From: Comamonadaceae bacterium
GTDB lineage: Bacteria > Pseudomonadota > Gammaproteobacteria > Burkholderiales > Burkholderiaceae_C
NCBI GenBank assembly: GCA_013297985.1
Contig: JAAFIY010000001.1
Coordinates: 27,954 to 91,953, forward strand
Length of the DNA: 64,000 bases
Reading direction: 5' to 3'
Part shown: positions 27,742 to 36,144 of the stretch, piece by piece
Layout of the letters: each line of letters opens with the position of its first letter
How positions within the stretch are numbered: the first letter of the stretch is position 1
Made by a program: the position numbers and the translations under genes
The notes under the pieces: generated by a model
What the model saw: only the letters and a program-made list of their open reading frames with translations
What the model was told of the DNA's origin: nothing
Databases searched by the model: none

Positions 27742-28809
27742 TCAAGAACCGGTGGCGGGAAACTGGCTAAGAAAGCGCAGGTCGTTGTCAAAAAACAGGC
27801 GCAGGTCGCTGACGCCGTAGCGCAGCATGGCCAGGCGATCAATGCCGCAGCCAAAGGCAAAACCAATGGTGCGTTCTGGGTCGAGCCCCATGTTGCGCAC
27901 CACCGTGGGGTGCACCTGGCCCGAGCCCGCCACCTCCAGCCAGCGGCCTTTGAGCGGCCCGCTTTGGAATTGAATGTCAATCTCGGCGCTGGGCTCAGTG
28001 AAGGGAAAGTAGCTGGGCCGAAACCGCATTCGCAAATCATCAGCCTCAAAGAAGGCGCGGCAGAAATTGAGGAAGGTGACTTTCAAGTCTTTGAAGCTCA
28101 CGTTGTCACCCAGCCAAAGGCCTTCAACCTGGTGAAACATGGGTGAGTGGGTGGCGTCGCTGTCGACCCGATAGGTGCGACCTGGCGCAATCACCCGCAC
28201 CTCGGGCATGGTGCCGCCGGCGGCGACTTCGGCCGCATAGCGCTTGGCATGCGCGGTGGCATGCCGAATCTGCATGGGGCTGGTGTGGGTGCGCAGGCAG
28301 TACGGCTGGCCCTGGGTGTCGTTCAAGTCCACGTAAAAGGTGTCTTGCATCGACCGCGCCGGATGGTTGGGCGGGTTGTTCAGCGCGGTGAAGTTGAACC
28401 AGTCGTTCTCGACCTCGGGGCCGTCGGCCACTTCAAAACCCATGCTGCCGAAGATGGACTCAATGCGCTCCCAGGCCAGCGCCACCGGGTGCAGGCTGCC
28501 CGCGCCTCGTTGGCGGCCGGGCAGGGTGACGTCCAGCGCCTGGGCGGCCAATTGGGCGTTGAGGGCCGCATCTGCCAAGGCCTGGCGCCGGTCATTGAGC
28601 GCAGCTTCAATGGCTTGTTTGGCGGTATTGATGAGCGCGCCGCGGCTTTTTTTCTCGTCGGGCGCCAGCGTGGCCAGCGCTTTCATTTGCTGCGTGATTT
28701 CGCCCGTCTTGCCCAAGTAGACGGCCTTTGCGTTTTCCAGGTCAGCCGGGGTGTGGGCCTGCGCGAAGCGCTGGGCGGCGGCGGTGACAAGGGCGTCCAA
28801 TTCAGTCAT
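27742..28809 (-). CDS. pheS: phenylalanine--tRNA ligase alpha subunit
   Basis: MTELDALV...[11 protein letters not shown]...[17 protein letters not shown] 28809. The ORF-track N-terminal extension was rejected. Confidence 0.96.
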   Translation of the reverse strand: MTELDALVTAAAQRFAQAHTPADLENAKAVYLGKTGEITQQMKALATLAPDEKKSRGALINTAKQAIEAALNDRRQALADAALNAQLAAQALDVTLPGRQRGAGSLHPVALAWERIESIFGSMGFEVADGPEVENDWFNFTALNNPPNHPARSMQDTFYVDLNDTQGQPYCLRTHTSPMQIRHATAHAKRYAAEVAAGGTMPEVRVIAPGRTYRVDSDATHSPMFHQVEGLWLGDNVSFKDLKVTFLNFCRAFFEADDLRMRFRPSYFPFTEPSAEIDIQFQSGPLKGRWLEVAGSGQVHPTVVRNMGLDPERTIGFAFGCGIDRLAMLRYGVSDLRLFFDNDLRFLSQFPATGS

Positions 28810-28887
28810 GGCAAGAGGCTGGCAGCTAGGGGGAAAAACGCAACTCAAAGGCGGAGGCGTCGCGCTGGGCAAGCGCCCAAGCGAGCC

Positions 28888-28933
28888 ACCAACAAAAAAG
28901 GACCGACGCCACACCAAGCGGCCTCGGTCCTTT
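28888..28933 (-). terminator. intrinsic terminator or attenuator between rplT and pheS
   Basis: Minus strand reads AAAGGACCGA-N17-TCGGTCCTTT followed by TTTGTTGG. Confidence 0.6.
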
Positions 28934-28992
28934 GAAGCGGACACACGCCCCAGCACACGCCCCAAACAGGGCACACGCTAAGGCGCTGGGCT

Positions 28993-29355
28993 TTAAGCCG
29001 CCGCCAGCTGGGCCTTGACCTGCGCAACGATGCCGGCAAACGCGGCTTTATCGTGCACGGCAATGTCGGCCAGTACTTTGCGGTCAATGCCAATATTGGC
29101 TTTGCGCAGGCCGTTGGCAAACTGGCTGTAGGTCATGCCCAGTTCGCGGCTGGCGGCGTTGATACGCGCAATCCATAGTTGGCGGAACACGCGCTTTTTG
29201 GTGCGGCGATCGCGGTAGGCGTATTGGCCTGCCTTCATGACGGCCTGTTTGGCCACCCGGAAAACATTGCCGCGACGGCCGCGGAAGCCCTTGGCCAGGG
29301 CGAGAACTTTTTTGTGACGGGCACGGGCAGTTACGCCGCGTTTAACGCGAGGCAT
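28993..29355 (-). CDS. rplT: 50S ribosomal protein L20
   Basis: [28 protein letters not shown]. Confidence 0.97.
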   Translation of the reverse strand: MPRVKRGVTARARHKKVLALAKGFRGRRGNVFRVAKQAVMKAGQYAYRDRRTKKRVFRQLWIARINAASRELGMTYSQFANGLRKANIGIDRKVLADIAVHDKAAFAGIVAQVKAQLAAA

Positions 29356-29394
29356 GTCAGAACTCCTTGTGTGTGGTTTTGATCAGCCTGGCTG

Positions 29395-29598
29395 TCACAG
29401 CCCGGCAAACGGCAACATCTGAGCCATGTGGCCCATGTTGGTGGCGTGAACGTTCACGGCACCACGCAGTTGGCGTTTGTTCTTGGTGGTTTTCTTGGTC
29501 AGGATGTGGCGCTTGAAAGCTTGGCCACGCTTGACACTGCCACCTGGGCGAACGCGAAAGCGCTTTTTGGCGCTGCTTTTGGTCTTCATCTTGGGCAT
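29395..29598 (-). CDS. rpmI: 50S ribosomal protein L35
   Basis: [16 protein letters not shown].. with the SD GGAG 7 nt upstream of ATG 29598. Confidence 0.95.
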   Translation of the reverse strand: MPKMKTKSSAKKRFRVRPGGSVKRGQAFKRHILTKKTTKNKRQLRGAVNVHATNMGHMAQMLPFAGL

Positions 29599-29739
29599 GT
29601 GAATGCTCCACTTATTTGTGCTCGTGAGGCGGCGCAACAGCTGTGTTGCGCGCTTGATGGCCCCGAGCCACTTGTGCCCCGCCCCCGGCTAAGCCCGGGC
29701 TGAGAGGGTTGGGTTGACACCCGTCAAACCGGGTGCCAA

Positions 29740-29761
29740 AACTCAATAACTCAACAACTCA
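29740..29761. repeat. three tandem 8-nt units ACTCAANN just downstream of the infC stop
   Basis: ACTCAA at 29740, 29748 and 29756. Confidence 0.8.
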
Positions 29762-29788
29762 AACGCATCGACTGCATCAATAACTGGC

Positions 29789-30409
29789 TTAACCCGCCGC
29801 CTGTGTCGCCACAGGTGCGGCTGCTGCCGGTGCCGGTGCCGGTGCCGCCTTGGCCGCCCCACCTGCTTTTTTGCCTGGCGCAATCATCATGATCATTTGC
29901 CGGCCTTCGAGCTTGGGAAACTGCTCCACGATGATCAAGTCAGCCAGGTCGTCGCGGATGCGTTGCAGCAGCGCCAAGCCCAGTTCTTGGTGAGTGATCT
30001 CTCGACCACGAAAGCGCAAGGTGATCTTGCACTTGTCGCCCTCATCCAAAAAGCGCTTGATGTTGCGCAGCTTGATGTTGTAGTCGCCGTCGTCGGTTCC
30101 GGGGCGGAACTTGATCTCTTTGACTTCAATGACCTTTTGCTTGGACTTGGCCTCAGCCGCCTTCTTTTGCTCTTGGTATTTGAACTTGCCGTAGTCCATC
30201 AACCGGCAAACCGGTGGAGTGGCCATGGCGGCGATTTCAACCAAGTCAACGTCTTGCTCGCCTGCCATGCGCAGGGCTTCCATCAAAGGAACGATGCCGA
30301 GCTGTTCACCGTTGGGGCCGGTCAGGCGCACTTCGGTGGCGATGATCTCGCGGTTCAGGCGGTGCTTGCGCTCTTCGCGTTGGCGACGGTCACGAAAGTC
30401 AGTAGCGAT
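29789..30409 (-). CDS. infC: translation initiation factor IF-3, inferred ATC start
   Basis: The ORF track starts at GTG 30331 ([14 protein letters not shown]). The frame stays open for 26 more codons ([26 protein letters not shown]), matching the IF-3 N-terminus. ATC at 30409 lies 8 nt after GGAGG. Confidence 0.8.
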   Translation of the reverse strand: MATDFRDRRQREERKHRLNREIIATEVRLTGPNGEQLGIVPLMEALRMAGEQDVDLVEIAAMATPPVCRLMDYGKFKYQEQKKAAEAKSKQKVIEVKEIKFRPGTDDGDYNIKLRNIKRFLDEGDKCKITLRFRGREITHQELGLALLQRIRDDLADLIIVEQFPKLEGRQMIMMIAPGKKAGGAAKAAPAPAPAAAAPVATQAAG

Positions 30410-30436
30410 GGTGGTAGCCTCCGGTGAATAATCTGT

Positions 30437-30495
30437 GCGCTACAAAAAAAGTAGCGCTCTAGGCTGATAAATAGGCCGCTGCAGCACGAAGAGCC
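30437..30495 (+). repeat. REP-like element copy in the thrS-infC spacer
   Basis: GCGCTAC-AAAAAAA-GTAGCGC followed by TCTAGGCTGATAAATAGGCCGC. Confidence 0.65.
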
Positions 30496-30605
30496 AAATA
30501 CAAACGACTGCCCTTGCAGGCAGCCGTGCCAGATGCGTGGTGCGTGTCGGGGGCTGGCGGGCCGCTACCTTGGCGACCCCGCACAACCTGCAGGCAAGCA
30601 ATCGA

Positions 30606-32513
30606 TCAGGCCTTGGACGCCACTGATTCAGCCACCAACTGCTGGAACGCAGCCAACGGCATGACGCCCAAGTCTTTGTTTCCGCGTGCGCGAACGGCCA
30701 CAGTGCCAGCGTCGCGCTCCTTGTCGCCCACCACCGCAATAAATGGCACGCGCTGCAAGGCTTGCTCACGGATTTTAAACGTAATCTTCTCGTTGCGCAG
30801 GTCTGCGGTGGCCCTAAGCCCTTGATTTTGCAGCGCTTTCACCACGTTTTGGGCATATTCGCCCTGCGCGTCGGTGATGTTGAGCACCGCCACCTGCAGC
30901 GGCGCCAGCCAGGTGGGCAGCGCACCGGCGTGCTGCTCGATCAAGATGCCAATGAAGCGCTCCAGGCTGCCCACGATGGCACGGTGCAGCATCACCGGGC
31001 GCTGGCGGCTGCCGTCGGCGGCCACGTATTCGGCGTCGAGCCGTTCGGTCATGAAGAAATCCACCTGCATGGTGCCGCACTGCCATTGGCGGCCCAGGGC
31101 GTCTTTTAGGGTGTATTCAATCTTGGGGCCATAGAAGGCGCCGTCGCCTTCTGAAATGACAAATTCACAGCCCGAGCGGCGCAGGCTTTCCATCAATGCG
31201 TGTTCGGCCTTGTCCCACAGCTCGTCGGCGCCAATGCGCTCTTTGGGGCGCGTGGCCACCTTGTAGATGATGTCGGAGAAGCCAAAGTCTTGGTACACCT
31301 TCTGCAGCAGCGCGGTGTAGGCCACGCATTCGTCCAAGATGTGTTCGGGCGTGCAGAAGATGTGGCCGTCGTCTTGGGTAAAGCCACGCACCCGCATGAT
31401 GCCGTGCAGGCCGCCCGTGGGCTCATTGCGGTGGCACTGGCCAAACTCGCCATAGCGCAAAGGCAAGTCGCGGTAGCTTTTAATGCCCTGCTTAAAAATC
31501 AGGATGTGGCCCGGGCAGTTCATGGGCTTTAAGGCGTAGTCGCGCTTTTCACTTTCGGTGGTGAACATGTTGTCGCGGTACTTTTGCCAGTGGCCGGTTT
31601 TTTCCCACAGCGCTTGGTCCAATATTTGCGGGCCTTTGACTTCTTGGTAGCCGTTGTCTTGGTACACCCGGCGCATGTATTGCTCAACCTGCTGCCACAG
31701 CGTCCAGCCGCGCGGGTGCCAAAACACGGTGCCTGGGCTGTGTTCATCTAGGTGGAAGAAGTCAAGCTCACGGCCCAGCTTGCGGTGGTCGCGCTTTTCG
31801 GCTTCTTCCAGCATCGTCAGGTGTTGCTGAAGTTCTTCTTTGCTGGCCCAGGCGGTGCCATAGATGCGCTGCAGCATCTCGTTGCGATGGTCGCCGCGCC
31901 AATAGGCGCCGGCCAGCTTCATCAGCTTGAAGTGCTTGAGCTTGCCGGTGCTGGGCACGTGGGGGCCGCGGCACAGGTCTTCAAAAGCGCCTTCGCGGTA
32001 CAGGCTGACGTCTTCATTGGCCGGAATGCTGGCAATGATCTCGGCCTTGTAGTGCTCGCCCAAGCTTTTGAAAAAGGCCACCGCCTCGTCGCGCGGCAGC
32101 ACGCGGCGTTGAACGGGCTCGTCTTTGCCGGCCAGCTCGCTCATCTTTTTTTCGATGGCCGCCAAGTCGTCGAGCGTGAAGGGGCGCTTGTAGCTGAAAT
32201 CGTAGAAAAAGCCGTTTTCAATCACCGGGCCAATCGTCACTTGCGCATCAGGAAACAGCTCTTTGACCGCATAGGCCAACAAGTGCGCGGTACTGTGGCG
32301 AATCATCTCTAGCCCGTCAGCGTCTTTGGGCGTGACGATGGCCACGCGGGCATCTGCCTCAATGCGATAGCTCATGTCAACCACCTTGCCATCCACCTTG
32401 CCGCCCAGCGCTGCCTTGGCCAGCCCGGTGCCGATGGAGGCCGCCACTTCACCCACGGTGATGGGGCCATCAAAGGCGCGTTGCGAACCGTCTGGAAGGG
32501 TGATGTTCAACAT
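30606..32513 (-). CDS. thrS: threonine--tRNA ligase
   Basis: 635 aa. [10 protein letters not shown] (TGS domain), HSTAHLL, class II motifs and anticodon-binding C-terminus. Confidence 0.97.
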   Translation of the reverse strand: MLNITLPDGSQRAFDGPITVGEVAASIGTGLAKAALGGKVDGKVVDMSYRIEADARVAIVTPKDADGLEMIRHSTAHLLAYAVKELFPDAQVTIGPVIENGFFYDFSYKRPFTLDDLAAIEKKMSELAGKDEPVQRRVLPRDEAVAFFKSLGEHYKAEIIASIPANEDVSLYREGAFEDLCRGPHVPSTGKLKHFKLMKLAGAYWRGDHRNEMLQRIYGTAWASKEELQQHLTMLEEAEKRDHRKLGRELDFFHLDEHSPGTVFWHPRGWTLWQQVEQYMRRVYQDNGYQEVKGPQILDQALWEKTGHWQKYRDNMFTTESEKRDYALKPMNCPGHILIFKQGIKSYRDLPLRYGEFGQCHRNEPTGGLHGIMRVRGFTQDDGHIFCTPEHILDECVAYTALLQKVYQDFGFSDIIYKVATRPKERIGADELWDKAEHALMESLRRSGCEFVISEGDGAFYGPKIEYTLKDALGRQWQCGTMQVDFFMTERLDAEYVAADGSRQRPVMLHRAIVGSLERFIGILIEQHAGALPTWLAPLQVAVLNITDAQGEYAQNVVKALQNQGLRATADLRNEKITFKIREQALQRVPFIAVVGDKERDAGTVAVRARGNKDLGVMPLAAFQQLVAESVASKA

Positions 32514-32759
32514 GATGAAAAAGGCGATTTAGAAAACAAAAAAGCGCGACCGGTGTCGCGCTTTTGGATGGGGTGAGATGCAAACGGAGCGAGCAGGCGC
32601 GAACTGCCGACCTCAAAGGGTCAGTGGAGTGGTCTCCGATGTAGTTCGCGGTGTCATAACCTTGGTGGTTGGGTGGTTCGGTTTTGCAGAAGGCCTGAAT
32701 TGTCCCACAAGCGACCACAAGCGCCCCCAAGAGGCCGTTGCACCTTTGGGCGCCTGGCT
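32514..32759 (-). promoter_or_regulatory. structured thrS leader (candidate attenuator)
   Basis: Long-range 8-bp pairing CGCGAACT/AGTTCGCG encloses two small hairpins. Its 3' strand can alternatively pair with the terminator 5' arm. No SD precedes the thrS ATG. Confidence 0.4.
32531..32565 (-). terminator. strong intrinsic terminator hairpin 26 nt upstream of the thrS ATG
   Basis: AAAAGCGCGAC-CGGT-GTCGCGCTTTT. On the minus strand it is followed by TTTTTTGTTTTCT. Confidence 0.65.
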
Positions 32760-33782
32760 CTAGGCCGCAGCCGTGCGCGGCTGCCTGCCCACCAGCGGAT
32801 ACAAGGGATCCACATACCCATGCGTAGACGCATACCCCGGCGGCACCAGCGCATCCACAAAGGCTTCATCTTCAGCGGTGATCTGCACCTGCAGCGCCGC
32901 CAAATAGTCTTGCCACTGCGCCAAGGTGCGCGGCCCGCCAATCACGCCGTGCACCAGGCGATTGTTCAGCGCCCAGGCAATGGCAAATTGCGAAGCCGTT
33001 AGCCCGCGCGCCTCCGCATGCGCCTTGATTTTTTGCGCAATGGCCAATGACTCGGGCCGAAACTCAGTTTGCCAAATGCGTTTGTCGCCCCGCCCTGCCC
33101 GCGTGCCCGCGCTAGGCGCTGCGCCTTCGGCGTATTTGCCAGTGAGCACGCCACGCGCCAGCGGGCTGTAGGCCACCACGCCCACGCCGTAGTGCGCGCA
33201 GGCGCTCAGCAGTTCAGCCTCAATGCCGCGGGTGACGGCGCTGTAGGGCGGCTGGCAAACAATGGGCGGCGGCACGCCCATGCGCTGGGCCGTTTCCACC
33301 ATGCGCGCCACGCGCCACGCGCGGAAATTTGACACACCGTAGTAGCGAATCTTGCCCAGCTCAATCAGCCGCGCAAAGGTAGAAAGCGTCTCTTCAAGCG
33401 GCGTGCTTTCATCGTCGCGGTGCATGTAATAGATATCGACCCATTCGGCGCCTAGACGCCGTAGGCTGCTATCAATTTCTTGCATCACCCAGCGCCGCGA
33501 CAGGCCCCGGTCATTGGGGTCAGAGCCAATGGGGTTGGCCACCTTGGTGGCCAGCACCCAGCGATGCCGCTCACCGCGCAGCAAGCGCCCCACCATGCTT
33601 TCAGACTCGCCCCCGGCGTACACGTCGGCCGTGTCAATGGCCCGCACCCCCGCATCCCGCGAAGCCGCCACGATGTTGAGCGCCTCCGCCTCGGCGGTTT
33701 GGTCGCCAAACATCATGGTGCCGAGCCAGAGGTTTGGGGTTTTTAGGCCGCTGTGGCCTAGTTGGGAAAATGGCTCATTCAT
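32760..33782 (-). CDS. aldo/keto reductase
   Basis: 340 aa. LGTMMFG...IDTADVYAGGESE...YYMHRDD...YGVSNF gives the AKR catalytic tetrad context. Confidence 0.9.
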   Translation of the reverse strand: MNEPFSQLGHSGLKTPNLWLGTMMFGDQTAEAEALNIVAASRDAGVRAIDTADVYAGGESESMVGRLLRGERHRWVLATKVANPIGSDPNDRGLSRRWVMQEIDSSLRRLGAEWVDIYYMHRDDESTPLEETLSTFARLIELGKIRYYGVSNFRAWRVARMVETAQRMGVPPPIVCQPPYSAVTRGIEAELLSACAHYGVGVVAYSPLARGVLTGKYAEGAAPSAGTRAGRGDKRIWQTEFRPESLAIAQKIKAHAEARGLTASQFAIAWALNNRLVHGVIGGPRTLAQWQDYLAALQVQITAEDEAFVDALVPPGYASTHGYVDPLYPLVGRQPRTAAA

Positions 33783-33935
33783 GGGTGATGCTCGAGTTCT
33801 AGGGGTTGGACAAGCTCAATCAGGCGCGCTGGCCCGACCGGACGACTCAAGAGGTAACACCGCGTTGCGCAGCAACCCCGGGCAATCGCTCCGTCCCGAA
33901 CGAAGATGCGTGTTGGCTGATTCAAGGAGAGAACT

Positions 33936-35990
33936 TTGTCTGGGCGCAAGCAGCACTACATACCTCAGTTTCTCCAGCGCGGGTTTGAGGCATCACGCAC
34001 TGGGGCCAAATCGCAGGTGATAGTAGTCCGGCATGACAAAGAGGCCTACCTCACGTCGACCGAGGGTTCTGCAGCCCAGAGAGACTTTTATTCGAACCCG
34101 CTGTCCGACGGAACCGGTTCGCTCGACGACCAAATCACTGCCTTCGAACGCAGCCACCTCGCTGTAGCCGTCGAAGAGCTTCGGGAGGCACCCATCGGTC
34201 GAGTTGAAAGCGAAAAAGTTGCGCAGACGGTTGCCCACTTGTCGTGGAGAACTGCCAGTGTTCGGGGCTCCATGCGGACCATGACCGAGAGCGCCTTTGA
34301 TCAGATGACCGACATTCTTGGTGACCCAGACGAAACGCGCGGCTTTCTGGGTATAGATGCCAATTCGGAAGAATCGAGCCTCAATGACTCGGTGAGAGCC
34401 GATCTCGTCAAGCTTGGTGTCGGTGCATGGCCGGAGAAGTTTCAGCGAGCCATCGAACGCGTTATTGTTTTCCGCATACGCGAGCGCTTCGACGACCTCT
34501 CGCATAGATCCAAGGGTCCTCTTCTGAACAAGCTTAGGGATGTTCGAGGCCGAATCAGCAACTCAGTTTCAGACGGTCACGTGCGGATGCTGTCAGAGAC
34601 CCTGGTTCCGCCCACACACTTTGAAGAGCTTCGCAAGCTTAGGTGGAGTATTCACGCGCCCTCCGAATCGAGCGGTCACTTCATCCTTCCAGACTGCGTT
34701 GCGATTGCTCGCTCAGCGACCGCCATCACATACGAACCGCTGATCTTGGCATCCGTCGGAGAAGCGGACATAGTCGTCATGCCCATCTCAAAAAGACGCC
34801 TTTTGGTTGGGTCAAGAGGCCAGTTCGGTAGCTGCGCGGCTCTGCCGACCATCAATGTCGACTTAGCCAAGTGTTCTTTCGAGTTCTTCGTCAGCTCCCA
34901 ACTGGACTCCGATACCAAGGCGCTCAAAAACCTCATTGGTAGTCGCATCGCAGCACTTTCTGCTGACCCCCTAGAACAGCAAAAAGCGCCTATCGCGCCC
35001 CCCAAAAAATTGGTCTGCGAACTGGCTAAGGTGCACGTAAAGACCCCGATCGGGCGAACGGGCGACTCAATCAAGACAGCCATTTCTAAACTTGCACAAG
35101 AAGCTGTATCTCCGGAATGCGCGTCCTACCTCGAGTCGATAGTTGTTGCAAACGACATGGCACAAGCTTTGCAAACCCTATCGGGCCATGCACTAACCGC
35201 GAATCAGATCGAGAAGGCGGCCACTCATGGCAGCGTAGAGCCCGTTAGGCGCGGCGGCGAGTGGAGGATTCGCGTTCTCGTTCCGCGAACGATCGGACAA
35301 GCCCTTGCGCAACAGAATGCCTCAGCAGAGCACCAAGCCGCCGCCGCGATCCTGCGTTTGCTTTTCGGGCGCGCTCACTACTTCACGTGCTGGGCATCCC
35401 AGTGCCAGCAGGTAGTGGCCGGTGTTGACCCGGAAATGGACGCCTGGTCTGCGTCCACGCTCCATCTCACTTTGCGCGCAGGGGGGAGCTACGTCAGCGG
35501 CCTCTCGCTGGGTCGGTCTGGGGTGAAAGCAACATTCGAGACCGAACAGTGGGCACCTCGGGCGACGCCATATCTGAGCTGTGCAGCAGAACTCATCAAT
35601 GCCCGAGAACATGCGTTGAAGGATGGAAATGTTGACCGACTAATTGCTGACGCAATGCCGCCGATAGAAATACTGTTGGACGTAGTCGCCACTGTTTGCG
35701 GTATCGAAAAATCCAGCGGAGCGCAGCTACTGCACACGTCTGAACTTGGCCTTGCTCTTCAACGCGCCGGTCTTTCGGAATGGGTTTCGTTGCTCGCGCG
35801 AGACTTGGATCAGCATTGGTCCAGTCGATCATTTTGGGAATCGCGCTCAGATTTGAAAACGCTCACCGCACACATTGAGCGCCTGTTGTGGACGATCGGG
35901 GTAGTTGTCTCACCGACTGAAACCGGGCATTGGATAGATGTCTTGGACACCAACCTAGCCGCTGTCTTCGCAAACACACTGCGCCAGTGA
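33936..35990 (+). CDS. DUF4238-type N-terminal domain protein with uncharacterised C-terminal half (684 aa)
   Basis: TTG start 5 nt after AGGAGA. HYIPQFLQRGF near the N-terminus, WSIH...FILPDCVAIA and VMPISKRRLL fit the DUF4238 pattern. Residues ~340-684 have no motif I recognise. Lower GC and rare codons throughout. Confidence 0.8.
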   Translation: MSGRKQHYIPQFLQRGFEASRTGAKSQVIVVRHDKEAYLTSTEGSAAQRDFYSNPLSDGTGSLDDQITAFERSHLAVAVEELREAPIGRVESEKVAQTVAHLSWRTASVRGSMRTMTESAFDQMTDILGDPDETRGFLGIDANSEESSLNDSVRADLVKLGVGAWPEKFQRAIERVIVFRIRERFDDLSHRSKGPLLNKLRDVRGRISNSVSDGHVRMLSETLVPPTHFEELRKLRWSIHAPSESSGHFILPDCVAIARSATAITYEPLILASVGEADIVVMPISKRRLLVGSRGQFGSCAALPTINVDLAKCSFEFFVSSQLDSDTKALKNLIGSRIAALSADPLEQQKAPIAPPKKLVCELAKVHVKTPIGRTGDSIKTAISKLAQEAVSPECASYLESIVVANDMAQALQTLSGHALTANQIEKAATHGSVEPVRRGGEWRIRVLVPRTIGQALAQQNASAEHQAAAAILRLLFGRAHYFTCWASQCQQVVAGVDPEMDAWSASTLHLTLRAGGSYVSGLSLGRSGVKATFETEQWAPRATPYLSCAAELINAREHALKDGNVDRLIADAMPPIEILLDVVATVCGIEKSSGAQLLHTSELGLALQRAGLSEWVSLLARDLDQHWSSRSFWESRSDLKTLTAHIERLLWTIGVVVSPTETGHWIDVLDTNLAAVFANTLRQ

Positions 35991-36063
35991 CGTGGACGCT
36001 TTCCGCTCGTGCTTCGGTGCAGATTTGGAGAAGGGACTCCCGCTGGGAGATGCCCATCAACGA

Positions 36064-36099
36064 AATGGCCACCCGACACCAAAACGTCGGGTGGCCATT
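36064..36099. terminator. bidirectional hairpin between the convergent DUF4238 gene and aceA
   Basis: Perfect 14-bp stem AATGGCCACCCGAC / GTCGGGTGGCCATT with an 8-nt loop. The U tracts are weak. Confidence 0.55.
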
Positions 36100-36144
36100 C
36101 GGTAGCAAGACCGAGCGCTGTATCAAGCGCTGCGACCAATCACC

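Noticed and set aside
28810-28992. pheM-like Phe-rich leader peptide upstream of pheS
   Set aside because: No short ORF with a run of Phe codons exists. The only TTT TTT pair is the terminator U tract read in the over-extended pheS frame.
32585-32640. tRNA-like fragment in the thrS leader (T-arm-like GGCAG-TTCGCGC-CTGCT, acceptor-like CGGAG...CTCCG), considered as a pseudo-tRNA or island att site
   Set aside because: It has no D arm, no CCA and a T loop lacking the invariant A58. No anticodon loop with U33 and a sensible anticodon could be folded. It is better explained as leader secondary structure.
33993-35083. Minus-strand ORFs (33993-34505 and 34676-35083) inside the DUF4238-type gene as possible partner genes of a two-gene system
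   Set aside because: They are completely embedded antisense to the long ORF, with no SD and no recognisable motif. The long plus-strand frame explains the region.
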